From NCBI GenBank assembly GCA_035514995.1, contig DATJCC010000048.1, positions 1-49,426 on the forward strand: a stretch of 49,426 nt of DNA, given 5' to 3'. The notes beneath the pieces are model-generated. The model had not been told where the DNA came from and searched no databases. It saw only the letters and a list, made by a program, of their open reading frames with translations. The stretch is from Microbacteriaceae bacterium (lineage in GTDB: Bacteria; Actinomycetota; Actinomycetes; Actinomycetales; Microbacteriaceae). The first letter of the stretch is position 1; the number at the start of each line of letters is the position of its first letter. Below, piece by piece: positions 14,040-23,817 of this stretch. The position numbers and the translations under genes were made by a program.

Positions 14040-15004
14040 TGGTCGCAAAAAAGAAATCTGGCCTTGGTAGGGGGATTGGAGCTTTGATTCCACAAACAGG
14101 AGCGAGCGAGGAGCGTCCGGTTGATGTCTTCTTCTCGTCGCGCACCGAAAAAGATGAATCAAGTGTTGCAGAAAATTTACAAGAAGTTCCTGGTGCATCA
14201 CTAACCACTCTTGATGTTTCAGATGTTATTCCCAACCGTGCTCAGCCGCGACGTGAGTTCGATGAAGAAGCTATGCAAGAGCTGACCCACTCAGTGCGTG
14301 AATTTGGGCTTTTTCAGCCCATTGTTGTGCGCCTCATTCACCCGAAACCTAAAAAGGGTGAGCCTCGCTATGAACTAATAATGGGTGAGCGTAGATTACG
14401 TGCAGCTAAACGAGCAAATCTAACAAACATTCCGGCAATTATTCGCGGCACAGAAGATGAGCATATGCTGCGGGACGCTCTGCTCGAAAACTTGCATCGT
14501 GCACAACTCAATCCGTTAGAAGAGGCTTCGGCCTACCAGCAACTAATGCAAGACTTTGGGGCTACCCAAGAGGAGCTTGCACAAAAGATTGGTCGATCAA
14601 GGCCGCAAATTTCCAACACTATAAGGCTCTTGAAACTGCCTGAGACTGTGCAAACTAAAGTTGCAGCTGGTGTTTTAACAGCTGGGCACGCGCGAGCTAT
14701 TCTCTCCCTCGATGGCGATATTGAGCTTATGGAAAAGTTTGCTGACAAAATCATTAATGAGGGTTTGTCAGTGCGAGCAGCTGAAGAAGTCGCTACCAAA
14801 ATGCCTAAAAGGAGGCTTCCGAAGCCACGCGCTGGTGGTTTACAGGGGCAATTAGATGAAATAGCCGAACGGTTGGGAGATCGCTTCAACACTAAAGTGC
14901 ATGTGAAGTTAGGCGCTAAAAAAGGTCAGGTCGCCATTGATTTTGCAACCATTGACGACCTGAAACGCATCCTTACCGAGCTAGGCGACCCGGGATTTAG
15001 CTAA
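14039..15004 (+). CDS. parB: Chromosome partitioning protein ParB
   Basis: GLGRGIGALIP, GERRLRA, ENLHRAQLNPLEEA, GRSRPQISNTIRLL. Confidence 0.97.
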   Translation: MVAKKKSGLGRGIGALIPQTGASEERPVDVFFSSRTEKDESSVAENLQEVPGASLTTLDVSDVIPNRAQPRREFDEEAMQELTHSVREFGLFQPIVVRLIHPKPKKGEPRYELIMGERRLRAAKRANLTNIPAIIRGTEDEHMLRDALLENLHRAQLNPLEEASAYQQLMQDFGATQEELAQKIGRSRPQISNTIRLLKLPETVQTKVAAGVLTAGHARAILSLDGDIELMEKFADKIINEGLSVRAAEEVATKMPKRRLPKPRAGGLQGQLDEIAERLGDRFNTKVHVKLGAKKGQVAIDFATIDDLKRILTELGDPGFS

Positions 15005-15065
15005 ACGTAATTGCATGTTGATCTATTAAATCCACACCCTTATTAAATCAACACCGGCCGGTATT

Positions 15066-15389
15066 TTAAATGTAGTCTTCGATCTCAAGCTCTATGCGCG
15101 CTTTGGGCATCGCACCGATAATTTCATGCACTTCTTCCCCGTTTTTAAATAGTTTCATAGCCGGAATAGAGGTTATGCGATATTTGGCTGCAATATTCGG
15201 GTTCTCATCTACATTAAGTTTGACAACCTTGAGTTTGCCCTCTTGCTCATTGGCAAGCTGTTCGAGAACTGGTGCAACCATACGGCAGGGGCCACACCAG
15301 GCTGCCCAAAAATCTACTAGCACTGGTGTGTCACTCTTTAAGACAACTGCGTCAAAAGTTGTTTCGTTTACATCAACTGTTTTAGCCAT
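15066..15389 (-). CDS. trxA: Thioredoxin
   Basis: WCGPC. Confidence 0.97.
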   Translation of the reverse strand: MAKTVDVNETTFDAVVLKSDTPVLVDFWAAWCGPCRMVAPVLEQLANEQEGKLKVVKLNVDENPNIAAKYRITSIPAMKLFKNGEEVHEIIGAMPKARIELEIEDYI

Positions 15390-15424
15390 TTTAAGCTCCT
15401 ACTTTCTATTTAAAATTTCTGTGT

Positions 15425-16354
15425 TTAAGCGTCAGCAAGCGATGCCAGATACGCTTCTGCGTCCAGCGCTGCCACTGTTCCTGATCCTGCGGCAGTAACT
15501 GCTTGCCTGTATGTGGGGTCTACTACGTCTCCCGCGGCAAAAACTCCCGGTATGTTTGTGCGTGACGATCTTCCCTCTACCGCTATCGTTCCGTCTGCGG
15601 TGATTTCTAGTTGATCTTTGACGAGCATTGTGCGTGGATCGTTGCCTATCGAGATGAAAAGACCCTCTATCGGCAGCTCACGGGTCTCGCCAGTTACGGT
15701 GTCTTTGAGAGTGATACCGGTAACTGAATCTGAGCCGGTAATGCCAGTAACTTCAGAATTCCAGATAACTTCGATTTTTGGGTTTTCTAGAGCTCTAGTT
15801 TGCATGATTTTTGAGGCTCTGAAGGAGTCGCGACGGTGCACAAGATAAACTTTAGATGCGAAGCGAGTTAAGAAAGTTGCCTCTTCCATTGCTGAGTCGC
15901 CTCCACCAATTACAGCAATTTCTTTTTCTTTAAAGAAGAAGCCATCGCAGGTTGCACACCATGAAACTCCGTGACCTGTTAATCGCTCTTCGTCGGGTAT
16001 CCCTAGTTTGCGGTAGGCAGATCCGGTTGCAAGAATCACCGTCTGAGCTTCGTGAATGGTTCCGTCACTGGTGATAACTTTTTTAACGTCGCCTTTAAGA
16101 TCAAGAGCGGTGACGTCATCAAAGACAAGTTTAGTCCCAAATTTTTCTGCTTGGGCCTGCATATTGGTCATTAGATCTGGGCCCATTATGCCCTCTGGAA
16201 AGCCCGGAAAGTTTTCAACGTCTGTTGTGTTCATTAATTCACCGCCCGGTTCAACCGAGCTCGCAAAAAGAACAGGTTCAAACCCTGCACGGGCAGCATA
16301 AATTGCTGCTGTGTAGCCCGCTGGTCCTGAACCGATGATGATGACTTGTTGCAT
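15425..16354 (-). CDS. trxB: Thioredoxin reductase
   Basis: GSGPAG, CATCDG, GGGDSAMEEA, AAGDV. Confidence 0.98.
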   Translation of the reverse strand: MQQVIIIGSGPAGYTAAIYAARAGFEPVLFASSVEPGGELMNTTDVENFPGFPEGIMGPDLMTNMQAQAEKFGTKLVFDDVTALDLKGDVKKVITSDGTIHEAQTVILATGSAYRKLGIPDEERLTGHGVSWCATCDGFFFKEKEIAVIGGGDSAMEEATFLTRFASKVYLVHRRDSFRASKIMQTRALENPKIEVIWNSEVTGITGSDSVTGITLKDTVTGETRELPIEGLFISIGNDPRTMLVKDQLEITADGTIAVEGRSSRTNIPGVFAAGDVVDPTYRQAVTAAGSGTVAALDAEAYLASLADA

Positions 16355-16420
16355 TCTTTCTCCTTATCGGGGGCATTGCAAAGACTCTAATAACAAGTCT
16401 GTACCCATTACATGATCTAT

Positions 16421-16446
16421 AACAATCTTAGTTTGATGATATTCCC
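16421..16446 (-). promoter_or_regulatory. SigH/SigR-type promoter for trxBA
   Basis: Minus strand gGGAA-N18-GTT about 70 bp upstream of trxB; trxBA is a classic SigR/SigH target. Confidence 0.7.
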
Positions 16447-16490
16447 AAAATGAAAATACCCTGGCAGGTATCCTTAAGGTTGGCGGAGTT

Positions 16491-16570
16491 TAGCACTAAG
16501 CGCCTTCAATCAGCGCTGAGCGACATTAATCAGTACAGAGAGCCTTTAATCAACAAAGAGAGCCTTTAAT
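16491..16570. repeat. Degenerate 20-bp tandem repeat x4
   Basis: tagcactaagcgccttcaat / cagcgctgagcgacattaat / cagtacagagagcctttaat / caacaaagagagcctttaat. Confidence 0.7.
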
Positions 16571-17048
16571 GTGACGATTTGCGATTTTTATTGCGAATTT
16601 CTTTCGGAGGGCGCCCGCCAAGGTAAGAAGCTGCTGGATCCACAATGAAACCCTGACGCAAAGCCTCTCGGCCAATGAGCATTCGAAAACCCATTTCATC
16701 TCTATTGGTTAAAGAAACAAGAGCTGTCACTTCCGTGCCAACAATTTTTAATGGTATCTTTACGATGAACCGTTCTTCTGTGTGGCCAGAGGAACTTCGA
16801 ATTATTCTATTGTCAAACACCGGAAGCTCAACGTAATGAGGCTCGCGGTCGCTTCGTTGCCAAGGATGGATGCAGAATGAAACCCAGGAGTCTCCGTCTC
16901 TTGTAAACTCTTTTAGCTCATAAGCGTGAAGAGCGGAAGACTGCGCACCAGTGTCAATTTTCGCTTTTATCCAGGGAACACCGATTTCAGGCATGTTTAC
17001 CCATTCCCTCCAACCGATTAACATGCTTGAATTGTTATTTACACTCAC
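16566..17048 (-). CDS. RimK-associated peptidase (RimB-like; 'ATP-dependent zinc protease' family, retropepsin-like DTG motif)
   Basis: IGWREWV, AKIDTGAQSSALHA, LTNRDEMGFRMLIGREAL; start probably GTG 17048 or ATG 17024 rather than 17105. Confidence 0.85.
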   Translation of the reverse strand: MSVNNNSSMLIGWREWVNMPEIGVPWIKAKIDTGAQSSALHAYELKEFTRDGDSWVSFCIHPWQRSDREPHYVELPVFDNRIIRSSSGHTEERFIVKIPLKIVGTEVTALVSLTNRDEMGFRMLIGREALRQGFIVDPAASYLGGRPPKEIRNKNRKSSH

Positions 17049-17072
17049 AACACTATTTATACAGGAAACAAT

Positions 17073-18311
17073 GTGAAACTCGCTATTCTCTCGCGCGCCC
17101 CGCAATCTTATTCCACCACACGTTTAAAATCTGCCGCCTTACAAAGAGGCCATAATGTAAAAGTTTTAAACACTCTGCGGTTTGGAATTGACCTCGCCGG
17201 TGACATCCCTGACCTGCGATACCGGGGTAAACAGCTCAGCGATTATGACGCTATTCTGCCGAGAATAGGCCATTCAATTACATATTTTGGTACAGCTGTG
17301 GTGCGCCAATTTGAACAGATGGATGTTTACACACCAAACACGGCAAACGGCATCTCAAACTCACGGGACAAACTACGGGCTAGCCAAATACTGGCAAGAC
17401 ATGACATTGGAATGCCTGAGACCGCTTTCGTTAGAAACCGTGCCGACGTGCGCCCCGCGATTAACAGTGTCGGTGGTGCCCCGGTCGTTATTAAACTCCT
17501 TGAAGGCACACAAGGCGTTGGCGTTATTCTCGCGCCGCAAATAAAAATTGCCGAAGCGATAATTGAGACACTCCACTCAGCACACCAAAACGTGTTAATA
17601 CAAAGATTTGTTTCAGAGAGCGCTGGAAAAGATATTCGTGCATTAGTTGTTGGTGATCGTGTTGTAGCAGCTATGAGACGCACAGCAAAGGGTGACGAAT
17701 TTCGCTCTAACGTGCACCGCGGAGGCACAGTTGAGGCTGTTCAGCTCAGCTCGGCATATGAACAGGCGGCAGTGCGCTCTGCACAAATTATGGGGCTTAA
17801 AGTTGCGGGTGTTGACATGCTCGAAAGTGACGAAGGGCCGCTGGTCATGGAAGTGAACTCATCACCAGGCTTGGAGGGGATCGAACACGCTACGGGACTA
17901 GACGTAGCCGGAGCAATAATTGACTATATCGATAATCAAGTCGCTTTTCCCGAAATTGATGTGCGACAGAGGCTTTCTGTCTCAACCGGGTATGGAGTCG
18001 CTGAGCTACTCGTGCACACCGGTGCTGACCTGATTGGTAAAACACTAGGAGAGTCGGGTCTTTGGGAACGAGATATAACCGTTTTGACGCTACACCGAGG
18101 TGTAACTGTGATTCCAAATCCGCGCGCTCATGTAGTGCTTGAAGCTGAAGACAGGCTGCTGTGTTTTGGCAAACTCGAAGAGATGCGGTCGATGATCCCA
18201 AGCAGAAAGAGCCGAAGAGCGCGGGTGCGCAAACTGCCAAAAGAAACAATGCAAGAGCTAACAGCTTTACGTCTGGCTGAAACGCAACAGGCAGACTCAA
18301 GCAAACAGTGA
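17073..18311 (+). CDS. rimK: RimK-family alpha-L-glutamate ligase with C-terminal RCK_C (TrkA-C) domain
   Basis: KLLEGTQGVGV, FRSNVHRGG, EVNSSPGLEGIE; extension LIGKTL..SGL..RDITVLTLHRG....NP....VLEAEDRLLCFG. Confidence 0.9.
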   Translation: MKLAILSRAPQSYSTTRLKSAALQRGHNVKVLNTLRFGIDLAGDIPDLRYRGKQLSDYDAILPRIGHSITYFGTAVVRQFEQMDVYTPNTANGISNSRDKLRASQILARHDIGMPETAFVRNRADVRPAINSVGGAPVVIKLLEGTQGVGVILAPQIKIAEAIIETLHSAHQNVLIQRFVSESAGKDIRALVVGDRVVAAMRRTAKGDEFRSNVHRGGTVEAVQLSSAYEQAAVRSAQIMGLKVAGVDMLESDEGPLVMEVNSSPGLEGIEHATGLDVAGAIIDYIDNQVAFPEIDVRQRLSVSTGYGVAELLVHTGADLIGKTLGESGLWERDITVLTLHRGVTVIPNPRAHVVLEAEDRLLCFGKLEEMRSMIPSRKSRRARVRKLPKETMQELTALRLAETQQADSSKQ

Positions 18312-18336
18312 GCATCAGCAGATAACATTAGAGACT

Positions 18337-19779
18337 ATGCCCTCACTCGCACAGTCCATGCAGATGATGCGTGAAGTAGCTTTATCTCCGACAGTCAGTA
18401 AACTCGCCACAGCTTTTTCAAAACACGGTCATGAACTCGCCCTCGTTGGAGGCCCTGTGCGCGACCTGCTCCTGGGTCGCGCAATTACAGATCTTGATTT
18501 TACGACCTCAGCGAATCCTGATGAAACAAAAAAAGTGCTGGAAACTTTAACTTCTAAAATTTGGGAAGTTGGGCGAGCTTTTGGCACGGTAGCGGCTCTT
18601 GTTGAAGGCCAGCAGGTTGAAATAACAACGTATCGTGCAGATATTTACCGCGATGATTCACGCAAACCCGAAGTCACTTTTGGCGAAACCTTAGAAGGAG
18701 ACTTGCTCAGGCGAGATTTTACAATCAACGCCATTGCGCTGCGGTTACCAGAATTGAAACTTGTTGACGTTTCAGGTGGGCTTGAAGATTTGCTAGCACG
18801 CGTTATTAAAACACCAGGCAAACCCGAGGTTTCTTTCTCTGACGATCCACTGCGCATGTTGCGTGCCGCTCGTTTTGTGTCACAGCTAGGCTTTGAGGTG
18901 CAAGAAGATGTGCTTCAAGCGATTACTAAAATGGCTGATCGTTTAGATATTATTTCTGCAGAACGAATTCGTGATGAGTTTGTAAAACTTTTAGCGACTG
19001 AAAAACCGGTGCCTGGCATTCGGATACTTGTTGATACTGGTTTGTGCGATAGATTTCTGCCTGAGCTGAGCGGCCTGCGCGACATGCAAGACGACCACGG
19101 TAGGCATAAAGATGTTTATGAGCACACGCTAACGGTGCTTCAGCAAACAATTCATCTTGAAGAGGTGCGCAACCACTCAGCTGATGGTCCTGACGTGGTG
19201 TTACGCATGGCGGCTATCATGCATGATATTGGCAAACCCGCCACTAGGCGTTTTGAGCGCGGATCAGTAACGTTCAGACACCATGATGTGGTTGGTGCAA
19301 AAATGACTAAAAAACGTTTGCGTGCGCTCCGCTTTGATAATGACACCATTAACTCGGTTGCCAAGCTTGTAGAGTTGCACCTTAGATTTTTTGGTTATAG
19401 CGATCAAGCTTGGACAGATTCGGCTGTGCGCAGGTATGTGCGTGACGCTGGCCCCGAACTTGAGCGTTTGCATATCATCACCAGAGCAGATGTGACGACT
19501 CGCAATAGGCGCAAAGCCGAGAGGCTTGAATTTGCTTATGATGATATTGAGCAGCGCATTGCCGAGCTGCAAGATCAAGAAAAGCTTGAGGCTGTGCGCC
19601 CTGAATTAGACGGACAGCAGATTATGCAAATACTCGACTTAAAACCCGGTCGTGCTGTTGGTGAAGCGTATAAATTTCTGCTTGACCTGCGGCTTGACGA
19701 GGGTATTTTAGGTGAAGAAGTGGCACGCGAAAAGTTAATACAGTGGTGGCAAGATAAAAATTTAGAAAGCGAAAGCTAA
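18337..19779 (+). CDS. cca: CCA tRNA nucleotidyltransferase with HD domain
   Basis: LVGGPVRD, DLDFTT, RRDFTINA, DDPLRMLRAARF, HDIGKP. Confidence 0.95.
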   Translation: MPSLAQSMQMMREVALSPTVSKLATAFSKHGHELALVGGPVRDLLLGRAITDLDFTTSANPDETKKVLETLTSKIWEVGRAFGTVAALVEGQQVEITTYRADIYRDDSRKPEVTFGETLEGDLLRRDFTINAIALRLPELKLVDVSGGLEDLLARVIKTPGKPEVSFSDDPLRMLRAARFVSQLGFEVQEDVLQAITKMADRLDIISAERIRDEFVKLLATEKPVPGIRILVDTGLCDRFLPELSGLRDMQDDHGRHKDVYEHTLTVLQQTIHLEEVRNHSADGPDVVLRMAAIMHDIGKPATRRFERGSVTFRHHDVVGAKMTKKRLRALRFDNDTINSVAKLVELHLRFFGYSDQAWTDSAVRRYVRDAGPELERLHIITRADVTTRNRRKAERLEFAYDDIEQRIAELQDQEKLEAVRPELDGQQIMQILDLKPGRAVGEAYKFLLDLRLDEGILGEEVAREKLIQWWQDKNLESES

Positions 19780-19780
19780 A

Positions 19781-20635
19781 GTGAAAAATGACCCTGCGCA
19801 ATGGTTTGATGGAGCCGCAAAAGTTCTTTTTGTGCACGCTCACCCTGATGACGAAACAATAGCCACGGGCGGGACTATAGCTGGATTAGCGGCTTCGAAA
19901 AGATCACCCGCTGTGCTTACATACACTCGCGGTGAGCAGGGGGAAACAACTCAAACGGTGCAAGATCGTTTAGCCAAAACCGATCTCAAAAATTTTCGTC
20001 TGGGCGAGTTGCAATCTGCTTTGGAGGCTCTCTCTGGCGGTGAAACTATCGAACACGCCTTTCTTGGCACTGCACCGGCGCGTGCCGAAGGGCTTAGCGA
20101 TCAAATATATGAAGATTCGGGCATGGAGTGGGGCACTGATGGTCTCGCGCGTGCAGGCAAAGACGTGGGAGATGCTGCACTGACTTCTAGGCCGGCAGTT
20201 GAAGTGATCGCTGATACTCTCGCATTTGCTGTGCATGTGGGCGCCACTGCAATCGTAAGCTACGATGAGCGAGGCGGTTACGGCCACCCTGATCATGTTC
20301 TTGCGTATAGAGCCGCCCGAGCGGTTGCACACGGTCTCGAAATTCCATTTTGGAGCATCTTTTCAGCAAAAAATGCTGAACAAAGTCAAAGCAGTGATGT
20401 TGATGATTTAAATTTACAATCTGCAAACAACGAAGTTTTTGATGTCAGCAGCTGGATGCCACAAAAAATTGCAGCTCTCAAATGCTATGAAAGTCAACTT
20501 ACGGTTTTGAGCGATGCCGAGCTGATGCACGTGGGAGGGCAAAAACAAGCGATTGCATCGACGGAATCATTTTTCAAACACGATGACATTTTCAAACATG
20601 ATGACATTCAGATGCTTTCACAACTCTCAGAGTAG
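19781..20635 (+). CDS. mshB: PIG-L family deacetylase, MshB-like
   Basis: HAHPDDE, TRGEQGE, DSGM, GGYGHPDH; adjacent to ino1 and mshA (an Mca-type paralogue is not excluded). Confidence 0.7.
   Translation: MKNDPAQWFDGAAKVLFVHAHPDDETIATGGTIAGLAASKRSPAVLTYTRGEQGETTQTVQDRLAKTDLKNFRLGELQSALEALSGGETIEHAFLGTAPARAEGLSDQIYEDSGMEWGTDGLARAGKDVGDAALTSRPAVEVIADTLAFAVHVGATAIVSYDERGGYGHPDHVLAYRAARAVAHGLEIPFWSIFSAKNAEQSQSSDVDDLNLQSANNEVFDVSSWMPQKIAALKCYESQLTVLSDAELMHVGGQKQAIASTESFFKHDDIFKHDDIQMLSQLSE
20571..20606. repeat. 18-bp tandem duplication (FKHDDI x2)
   Basis: ttttcaaacacgatgaca ttttcaaacatgatgaca. Confidence 0.85.
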
Positions 20636-20660
20636 AGTTAAAGACTGCTGATTAGCTTAA

Positions 20661-20696
20661 ATATTTACAAGCCACTATATATTTACAAGCCACTAA
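20661..20696. repeat. 18-bp direct repeat upstream of ino1
   Basis: atatttacaagccactat atatttacaagccactaa. Confidence 0.85.
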
Positions 20697-20709
20697 AGGA
20701 AACTAAAGA

Positions 20710-21774
20710 ATGAGTGTGAAAGTCGCCCTTGCCGGAATTGGAAACTGTGTTAGCTCGTTAGTGCAGGGCGTCGAATACTACCGAGGTACCGCAGATGATG
20801 AGACCGTGCCCGGTCTCATGCATGTGCGTTTAGGTGGGCACCACGTAAGTGATCTAGAGTTCGTTGCTGCTTTTGATGTCGATGCACAAAAAGTTGGCAC
20901 TGATTTAAGTGAAGCGATCTGGGCTGGGCACAACAACACCATTAAATTTTCAGATGTTCCAAAACTTGGTGTTGAAGTAAGTCGTGGCCCGACCCTTGAC
21001 GGTTTTGGCACGTACTATCGTGCAGTCAGTGAAGAGTCCACTGCAGAACCGGTAGATGTTGTGCAGATGCTTCGCGACTCAGGCGCTGAGGTATTGGCCT
21101 GCTACCTTCCAGTCGGTAGTGAAGAAGCAGTAAAGTTTTACGCTCAGGCCGCTTTGGATGCAGGTGTAGCTTTTGTTAATGCTGTCCCGGTTTTTATTGC
21201 GAGTGATCCGGAGTGGGCGCAAAAATTTGTAGAAGCGGGCGTTCCCATTGTTGGCGATGACATTAAAAGTCAGGTCGGTGCGACTATAACCCACAGAGTG
21301 CTGGCCCGCCTTATGGAGAGCCGTGGAATTGAGCTTGATCACACATACCAACTAAATGTTGGAGGCAATATGGATTTTCAAAACATGCTGGAAAGAGACA
21401 GGCTTGAGTCGAAGAAAATCTCTAAGACCCGTGCCGTGACCTCAAACATTTCAGCGAATCTCAGTGACGAAGATGTGCACATCGGCCCTAGTGATCATGT
21501 TCCATGGCTCGAAGATAGAAAATTTGCATTTGTCAGGCTCGAAGGTCGTGGCTTCGGCGACGTGCCAATGAGCCTCGAATACAAGCTTGAGGTTTGGGAC
21601 TCACCGAACTCGGCAGGCACCATGATTGACGCGATTCGTATCGCTAAGGTTGCAAAAGACCGTGGTCATGCAGGGCCTGTCGAATCAGCCTCTGCATACT
21701 TCATGAAGTCACCCGCTCTGCAAAAACCCGACGATGTTGCAAGAGCAGAGTTAGAAGAATACCTAAACAGCTAA
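20710..21774 (+). CDS. ino1: myo-inositol-1-phosphate synthase
   Basis: [38 protein letters not shown]. Confidence 0.97.
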   Translation: MSVKVALAGIGNCVSSLVQGVEYYRGTADDETVPGLMHVRLGGHHVSDLEFVAAFDVDAQKVGTDLSEAIWAGHNNTIKFSDVPKLGVEVSRGPTLDGFGTYYRAVSEESTAEPVDVVQMLRDSGAEVLACYLPVGSEEAVKFYAQAALDAGVAFVNAVPVFIASDPEWAQKFVEAGVPIVGDDIKSQVGATITHRVLARLMESRGIELDHTYQLNVGGNMDFQNMLERDRLESKKISKTRAVTSNISANLSDEDVHIGPSDHVPWLEDRKFAFVRLEGRGFGDVPMSLEYKLEVWDSPNSAGTMIDAIRIAKVAKDRGHAGPVESASAYFMKSPALQKPDDVARAELEEYLNS

Positions 21775-23046
21775 CTCGTTATAGGTCTCTTCGAGCTGCT
21801 GGGCGTGCTCACGCCACGTGCGTTGGAGTGCAAAGGTGCGTGCAGAACTCGACAGAGTCTTAAGACGCTCTTTGTTCAGCAGTAGCTGTGCCATGTGGCG
21901 CGCCCAAACAGCAGGGTCTCTGCCAGCGATCAAAAAACCGCTGACACCGTGTTTTACAGACTCACGCAACCCGGTCACATCTGCCGCTAAAACAGGGGTA
22001 CCGCTTGCAGCAGATTCAAGCGCGACAAGCCCAAAAGTCTCATAGTGTGAAGGGATGAGCACCAGATCACTCGAGGCTAGCAGCTGTGCTGATTCGAATC
22101 GCGTTTGAGCAGGTAAAAATTCTACTAGCGGCTTGCCCTGAGCCGAAGCAAATTTCGAAGATAACTGTTTTGCACGACTTCGGAGTGTACTCGTGTAACT
22201 CTCAGCCCCTGGAGTTGCTTCTCCCGCGATTATGAGTTTGGCGCGATCCGCTAGCTGTGGATAATTATTGATTAGCTCAATAAAGGCAGCTAGGGCTAAG
22301 TCTTGACCTTTAAGCGGTTGCTGCCTTCCGAGCACGGTGATGCGTAGATCTTGAAAGTTGTTGCCATTGTCTAGGTGATGCGCGTCGAGATGACGCGCTT
22401 CGATAAGCTGCGCATTAGGTTTGAAAAAGTCGGTGTCAACTCCGGGATTTATTACGCGGGAGTGCTCGCCCTGATTAGAAACGCGGTAGTTTTCAACGAT
22501 TCCTTGTAATTCACTCATGCTCGAAGCAATTATAAAAGCGTTTTGCGCCAGTTCTTCTTCAGCTTCGAGCCGAACCACTGGTTCTAAACTGTCGCCTGGG
22601 GCGAGATGTAAATTTTTTTGAGCAGCTACCGTGTGAAACGTTATTGCGTGAGGTGCTGGTGCTGACTGCAAAGCGGTGGCTACTGATAATCCGCTCAACC
22701 AGTAGTGGGAGTGAAAAATGTCAAAACTTACTGCTTCACCTGTAATGATTCTTGTCAGATTTTGGGCGAACTCTGCAACTACTGTCGGCAGTTGCTCTTT
22801 TGCAAGAAATTTTGGCCCAGCAGGTATCGCGATTACCCGAGGGTTACTAGGTGTGAGCGATGACTCATCTAGTGAGTGTGTGCCCGCTGAAATGTTTTCA
22901 CTGGCTCGCGTAAATATTGTTACTTCGTTACCCAACTCTGCAAGCGCCTTTGCTTGTTGGGCGACTACAACGTTCATGCCTCCAGCGTCTTTTTGTCCGG
23001 GCACTTCTGTTGGTGAGGTGTGAAGCGAAATTAAGGCTATTTTCAT
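21763..23046 (-). CDS. mshA: D-inositol-3-phosphate glycosyltransferase (MshA-like, GT4)
   Basis: SLHTSP...[31 protein letters not shown]. Confidence 0.85.
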   Translation of the reverse strand: MKIALISLHTSPTEVPGQKDAGGMNVVVAQQAKALAELGNEVTIFTRASENISAGTHSLDESSLTPSNPRVIAIPAGPKFLAKEQLPTVVAEFAQNLTRIITGEAVSFDIFHSHYWLSGLSVATALQSAPAPHAITFHTVAAQKNLHLAPGDSLEPVVRLEAEEELAQNAFIIASSMSELQGIVENYRVSNQGEHSRVINPGVDTDFFKPNAQLIEARHLDAHHLDNGNNFQDLRITVLGRQQPLKGQDLALAAFIELINNYPQLADRAKLIIAGEATPGAESYTSTLRSRAKQLSSKFASAQGKPLVEFLPAQTRFESAQLLASSDLVLIPSHYETFGLVALESAASGTPVLAADVTGLRESVKHGVSGFLIAGRDPAVWARHMAQLLLNKERLKTLSSSARTFALQRTWREHAQQLEETYNELAV

Positions 23047-23126
23047 TTGTAACGAACTTGTTAGAGAGCACTTATGTTGAGAAGGAGTACCATGAAGCTT
23101 AACTGTTCATAATGAAAGGTATCTAG

Positions 23127-23687
23127 ATGCAAAACCAAGTTCACGTTAAGCAACATTTAGATCTGACGCGCACCTTCCTTGGTATTAGCGGTTTGATGGC
23201 CCTGGTTGTCGGAGTTCTAATACTTATTTTTCCGGGTCAGTCGGGGCTTGCAGTAATGCAGGTTACCGCGGTAATTATGGCTGCTTGGATGTTAATTTCA
23301 GGTGTTGTCTACCTAGGACTTGGCGTTTTTAGTGGCTCACTGTCTGGTAAGAACAGGTTTTGGAATGCCTTTCTTGGTCTACTTTTTGGTTTTGGCGGTT
23401 TTATAATACTTTTCAACGTTAAAGAAACCGCTGCGGTGCTTGCTCTGGCTTTATCGGTGACGATAGGCGTTGTGTGGATCTTTGAAGGCGTGTTTACGTT
23501 TGCTACGCTACTGTCAGTCACTCACAAGGTTTGGGGAATAATTTATGCAGTTGTCAGCATCGTAGCTGGCATCATTTTGATTGTTACCCCTTTTATAGGA
23601 GTTATTGCTCTGTGGTGGATGATCGGCATTTCATTAGTAGCTTTAGGAATTGTGCAACTCATTCGAGCATTTGCAACAAAAACGTAA
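23127..23687 (+). CDS. HdeD/DUF308 family membrane protein
   Basis: About 6 TM segments in two internal repeats (GVLILIFPG / GIILIVTP). Confidence 0.75.
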   Translation: MQNQVHVKQHLDLTRTFLGISGLMALVVGVLILIFPGQSGLAVMQVTAVIMAAWMLISGVVYLGLGVFSGSLSGKNRFWNAFLGLLFGFGGFIILFNVKETAAVLALALSVTIGVVWIFEGVFTFATLLSVTHKVWGIIYAVVSIVAGIILIVTPFIGVIALWWMIGISLVALGIVQLIRAFATKT

Positions 23688-23762
23688 TCTGCTAATTTCT
23701 GCTAGGATTACAAGGTTGCCTGTTCAATAATGCAGGCACACTGGTATAAGCAAATGCAAAAT

Positions 23763-23812
23763 ACCCTCCTGCTACAGAAAGTCTGTGGCCGAAAAGTCCG
23801 AAGGAGGTGGGT
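23763..23812 (+). promoter_or_regulatory. Putative S6:S18 autoregulatory mRNA leader
   Basis: ACCCTCCT can pair with SD-containing AGGAGGTGGGT; internal hairpin GCTACAGA-aag-TCTGTGGC ending in a CCG motif. Confidence 0.65.
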
Positions 23813-23817
23813 CAATA

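Noticed and set aside
16491-16570. Mini-CRISPR interpretation of the 20-bp repeats
   Set aside because: No spacers, degenerate units and no cas genes
22256-22264. Perfect DnaA box inside mshA
   Set aside because: Isolated 9-mer in coding sequence; compatible with chance
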